Below are positions 59,959 through 64,000 of a stretch of 64,000 bases of DNA, piece by piece; positions within the stretch are counted from its first letter, which is position 1; the number at the start of each line of letters is the position of its first letter. A program made the translations under genes and the position numbers. The DNA is from Marsupella aquatica (lineage: Eukaryota; Plantae; Marchantiophyta): NCBI GenBank assembly GCA_973895155.1, contig OZ316893.1, forward strand, positions 28,158,210 to 28,222,209, in the 5' to 3' direction. The notes beneath the pieces were generated by a model. That model did not search any database. It saw only the letters and a list, made by a program, of their open reading frames with translations, and had not been told where the DNA came from.

Positions 59959-62900
59959 ATGTCTGAGGGAGATCCACCGAATAAAAGAAAACCTACCAAG
60001 ACCTCCAGTAATTCGGATGCTGCAAAATTAGTAGTGACCCCTCGCACATTGTTACCCGAATTCCAGTCACCAGGAGCACCTGCACCGGGTAGTGTGTGGA
60101 AACAAGTGGGATCTATTCAAGAGGCAAGTGGCTCTTTGGAAAGGCCCACGTCGACCCGACCCCTGTTTGTAAATCTTCGTTCAGGTCCAAAACTTATTGG
60201 TTCTCAAAAGACCAAGCTCCGCCAGCAGACAGTACGTTCGGTGAACCAAATTGACTCTGGTGTGGATAGTACCACTGAGAGGGCCTTATCTCATACCGAA
60301 GGAAGAAATTTGGGTTTGCCCGAGAATACAGTTGCAGAATCGCTGGCCCAAGATAATTCTGTCGATCTTTCACAATTGGATAATCCAGAACCACTGAGTG
60401 AAGCCGGTGGTTCGTCTTCTAGTGAGACAAGCAGCAGTTCAGGCTTGGGCAGCCCAAACCCATTTGCTACCCGATCAGCTCTTCCTTTCGTTACCCTCCT
60501 AGCTCCAACCACGATGGCTCGAAATAATGTGAGGTACGACCGGTTCTTCGGTACTTCCAAGGAGGATGCAGAGGTGTATTTGAAAGAATTTGAAGCTGCA
60601 GCTGCATCCAATGGACAGAGTCAAGACGCTGAAAAAGCCAATCTGTTTGGTGGTCTAATGAAAAAGGGTGCTCAGAAATGGTATGACCGTTTTCCGGACA
60701 AGCAGGATTGGGGGAAATTGAAGGCTGCTTTCTTGGCCAAATATAAAGAAGAAGGAGCAGCTGCGCGTGCCTTTGCCCGAATCTCACATCTGCACATGAA
60801 GAAACATGGGTCTGTGAGGAAATATGCCGACAAATTATTGGATTTGGTAGATCAATATAATCCAGCTACCTCGAAATCTACTATCAAGGACTGGTTTATT
60901 AACGGTTTACCCTCCAGGATTGCTCGTTACGTGAGACGAGAAGGTGGCACCACTTTGGAAGAAGTACAAGAGGCAGCCCAGAAGTACGTAGACTCGGAGA
61001 TTTCAGAGAGAAAACGAGTTAAGAAGGACCTGAAGAAAGACAAAAGAAAGAAGAAGAAAACGTCCAGGTCTAAATCTGACTCGGAGACGGAATCAAGTGA
61101 AAGTAGCACTAGTGAGGAGGATGAGAGTACAAATTCGAGCACTAGTGATAGTTCAAGCTCAAGTTCCGACTCAGAATCCGTTGCTCCTAAAAAGAAGAAA
61201 TCCTCTGTAAAAGGGAATAATAAAGTTCCCAACCAGAAGAAGATGGATCGCATGATGGAAGAACTCTCTGGCCAATTGTCCAAGTTGAATGTCAATATCG
61301 CCGCGGTAAAACCAGTACGAAGGTTGCCTGCTCCCATGAGAATGAACGTATGGTGCACCCGATGCAGTCAGCAGGGCCATTACCCGAACGAGTGCCCCAC
61401 ATTACGAACCCCGGTGAATTATGTAGATGGTCAAGAAGAGGCTGAGGAGTATGAGTACGATCCCGCGTATACCGTCCAAACAGCACCCCCTGGACAGTAT
61501 TTCCCACCACCTCCTGCTTCCAGACCGACTTGGGGACCACCTAAGCCCACTTTCAATAAACCAACGTCAAGACCACCCATGGGACCCCCGGGAGGATACC
61601 CACCACGAGGAATGCCGCGTCAAAAAGGGGCTTGTTGGAATTGTGGCCAACCTGATCATTATTCACCCCAGTGCCCTTATCCCAAACAGGAGGTGGGGTA
61701 TACACCTGTCTGTGGGAACTGTGGAAAAGAAGGACACTTACCGGTGGAATGCCCGAATCCGGCTAAGCCTAGGCTGATGGTTCGATTTGCTCAAGAGCCA
61801 GTTAAAGAAGCAAGTCGACCTGAAGCCAAGATTCGGATGGTTTATTCTGAAGAGATGGAGCAATGCAGCTTCATTCAACATATGGATGTAAATCGGGTGG
61901 AATTAAAGCCAGATTCACTTTTTCATCAACCAGTATCCGGGGTGGTGCCTGATGTCTTGGTAAGTCATTTAGTGAAACCTGAAGTAGTTGGTATGCCGAA
62001 TGATCGAGTTCAGAATCGGGATAAAGTTCTGACTAATATTTACGCAACTACTCGTTCGAAGAAAAAGGAGACCAAGAAGCACGAGCATCAGAAGGTCGCG
62101 AAAGCTCCCAAGGATGAAGGGCGCAAGCCATGTAAGGAAGGCCTCGACAAAGAAGACGACCCTGCTTATGACCGATATGACCCAAAATACTTCTTGCCCG
62201 ACATCTCTTTGGAAGTGAAAGACCATCTGGAAGAGCTAGTTAAGGAGCAAGTGCAATCTCCTAACCCACCAGTAGTAGTCAAAGCTAAAGAGCCACTGAA
62301 AAATCCAGGTTATGATATTGTTGAAGATGTCAAGAATCATCCTGCACATATCACCATTGGGGAATTATTACAGGACAATCCGGTTTATAGGCGACAGCTG
62401 AGGAGCCTCCTTGCAGGAAAACGGAGGAAGAAGAAGTTACCTTCTGTGGATGTGCTACGAACAGAGTGGGAGGACAAAGGACCGATGGAAATTGAGGTTC
62501 AAATCCAGGGGTGTGTCATTCGGAGAGTTCCTGTGGATGGAGGAGCCAGCGTTAATCTGATTACACAGTCAGCAGCATTTAATTTGGGTTTCACTAAGTT
62601 TGAGCCCACTCCCAAGATTTTGCGCATGGCGGATCAGTCTCGTGTGGTACCCATAGGGAAGCTGACCAAAGTAGAAACTTTGATTGCTGGTGTCCCTTTT
62701 CTGTTGGATTATGTGGTTATTAATCCGGAAATACCATCCAGCTTTCCTGTTTTGTTAGGCCGACCATGGTTGTATAAGGCTCAAGTTCAGGTTAATTGGC
62801 AATCTCAAGAGCTTTCATTTGGGAAGCCTAAGGTGACTGTTAGTTGGGTTCCGGAACCACATTTTGGAGAAACACAAACAGATGATGGGTACACCTCGGA

Positions 62901-64000
62901 TTTTTCGACCTCTTCGCTAGTCCTGCAGCCATTGGAATTTGAACTGGAGGAAGTTCGTTACTTGGAAGTTTATCTGTCTGATGCTCCCATAAAACCAACT
63001 AGGCCCTCCTGACAATTAACTTCATCATCGGAAGTGGGCCCAGCAGCAGACGAACCTCCTAATACTGAGGCTAATAGGGATTTACACCATGATATGGGAG
63101 TGTCAGCTACCCTTGAGCCATTTGCACCATAAGTATCCAAACTTGGACTTCAGCCGGCAAACCTCACGGATGGAATTGTGGATCCAAAAGCTTGTCAGAA
63201 AATCGAAATTGAGCCAGGCAAGTTTTTGAATATTGGTAAGCATATCGAAGGAGAGCTACGGGAACAGTATATCAGTTTATTAACCCAGTATAAAGATGTC
63301 TTTGCCTGGAGTCATTCTGATTTAAAAGGTATCCATCCACATTTGGGCGAACATCGTATTGACCTTATGGAAGGAGCAGTACCTGTCCGACAGAGACAGT
63401 ACCGTTTGAATCCCAAATATTCCATCCTGGTTAAAGACGAGTTGGACAAGCTCACGACTGCTGGATTTATCTACCCGGTCTTGAGTAGTGAATGGGTCTC
63501 ACCAATTGTCATTGTCCCCAAAAAGCCGGGACCCGATGGTAAAACGAAAATTCGCGTTTGTCAAGACTTCCGGAAGTTGAATGCTGCCACTCGGAAAGAT
63601 CATTATCCTTTGCCATTTATTGATCTGGTACTTGATTCAGTGGCCTTGCATGAGTTATACAGTTTTTTAGATGGGTACTCTGGTTATAACCAGGTGTCCA
63701 TTCGGAAGGAGGATCGCGACAAGACTACGTTCACCACCGACTGGGGTACATATGCATTTACCATGATGCCTTTTGGGCTGTGTAATGCCCCGGGTACTTT
63801 TCAGCGCATTATGATGATTATTTTTCAAGAATATTTGCGGCATTTCATGGAGATTTTTATTGACAACTTTTGTGTTTACGGGTCAGCGGCTGAACACCTC
63901 GTCCATTTGGAGAAGACATTTCAGAAGTGTAGAGAGGCTCAGTTGTGTCTTCATCCAGAAAAGTGCTTTATTGGTATGAAGGAGGGAATTTTGTTAGGCC
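59959..64000 (+). pseudogene. Athila-like gag-protease-RT, running off the window
   Basis: 1017-aa ORF with three CCHC knuckles and VDGGASVN protease motif. Stops at 63010 and ~63130, then RT (SEWVSPIVIVPKK, DHYPLPFID, FLDGYSGYNQ, MPFGLCNAP). The catalytic box reads FIDN. Confidence 0.92.

Overview
Eukaryotic, repeat-saturated window, most consistent with a land-plant (probably non-seed-plant) genome (inference). It has no clear host housekeeping gene and is a nest of transposons. Four insertions have both termini and target-site duplications (TSDs) readable in the sequence. (1) A 10.5-kb EnSpm/CACTA-superfamily element with non-canonical CACAA ends (17508-28031, TSD TTA). It carries a spliced transposase, a divergent TnpA-like gene, a BRCT ORF, and a SET-domain exon inside the first transposase intron that can be spliced in frame to the same zinc-finger first exon. 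(2-3) Two nested TG..CA units with 5-bp TSDs (31446-40183, TSD AAGAT; 33717-38430, TSD CCCAC) that look like solo LTRs but are mostly filled by one long ORF (plant-mobile-domain-like plus coiled coil). (4) A solo LTR (46564-48408, TSD AGCTG). These sit in a MULE/SWIM-type element with a ParB-like accessory gene, a second CACTA, an Arg-primed Ty3/Gypsy element whose LTR encodes two paralogous ~70-aa ORFs, and a tandem Athila-like Gypsy pair sharing one LTR. Each DNA-transposon layer carries its own short motif repeated in non-coding DNA. All domain calls are by eye from motifs; no database search was run.
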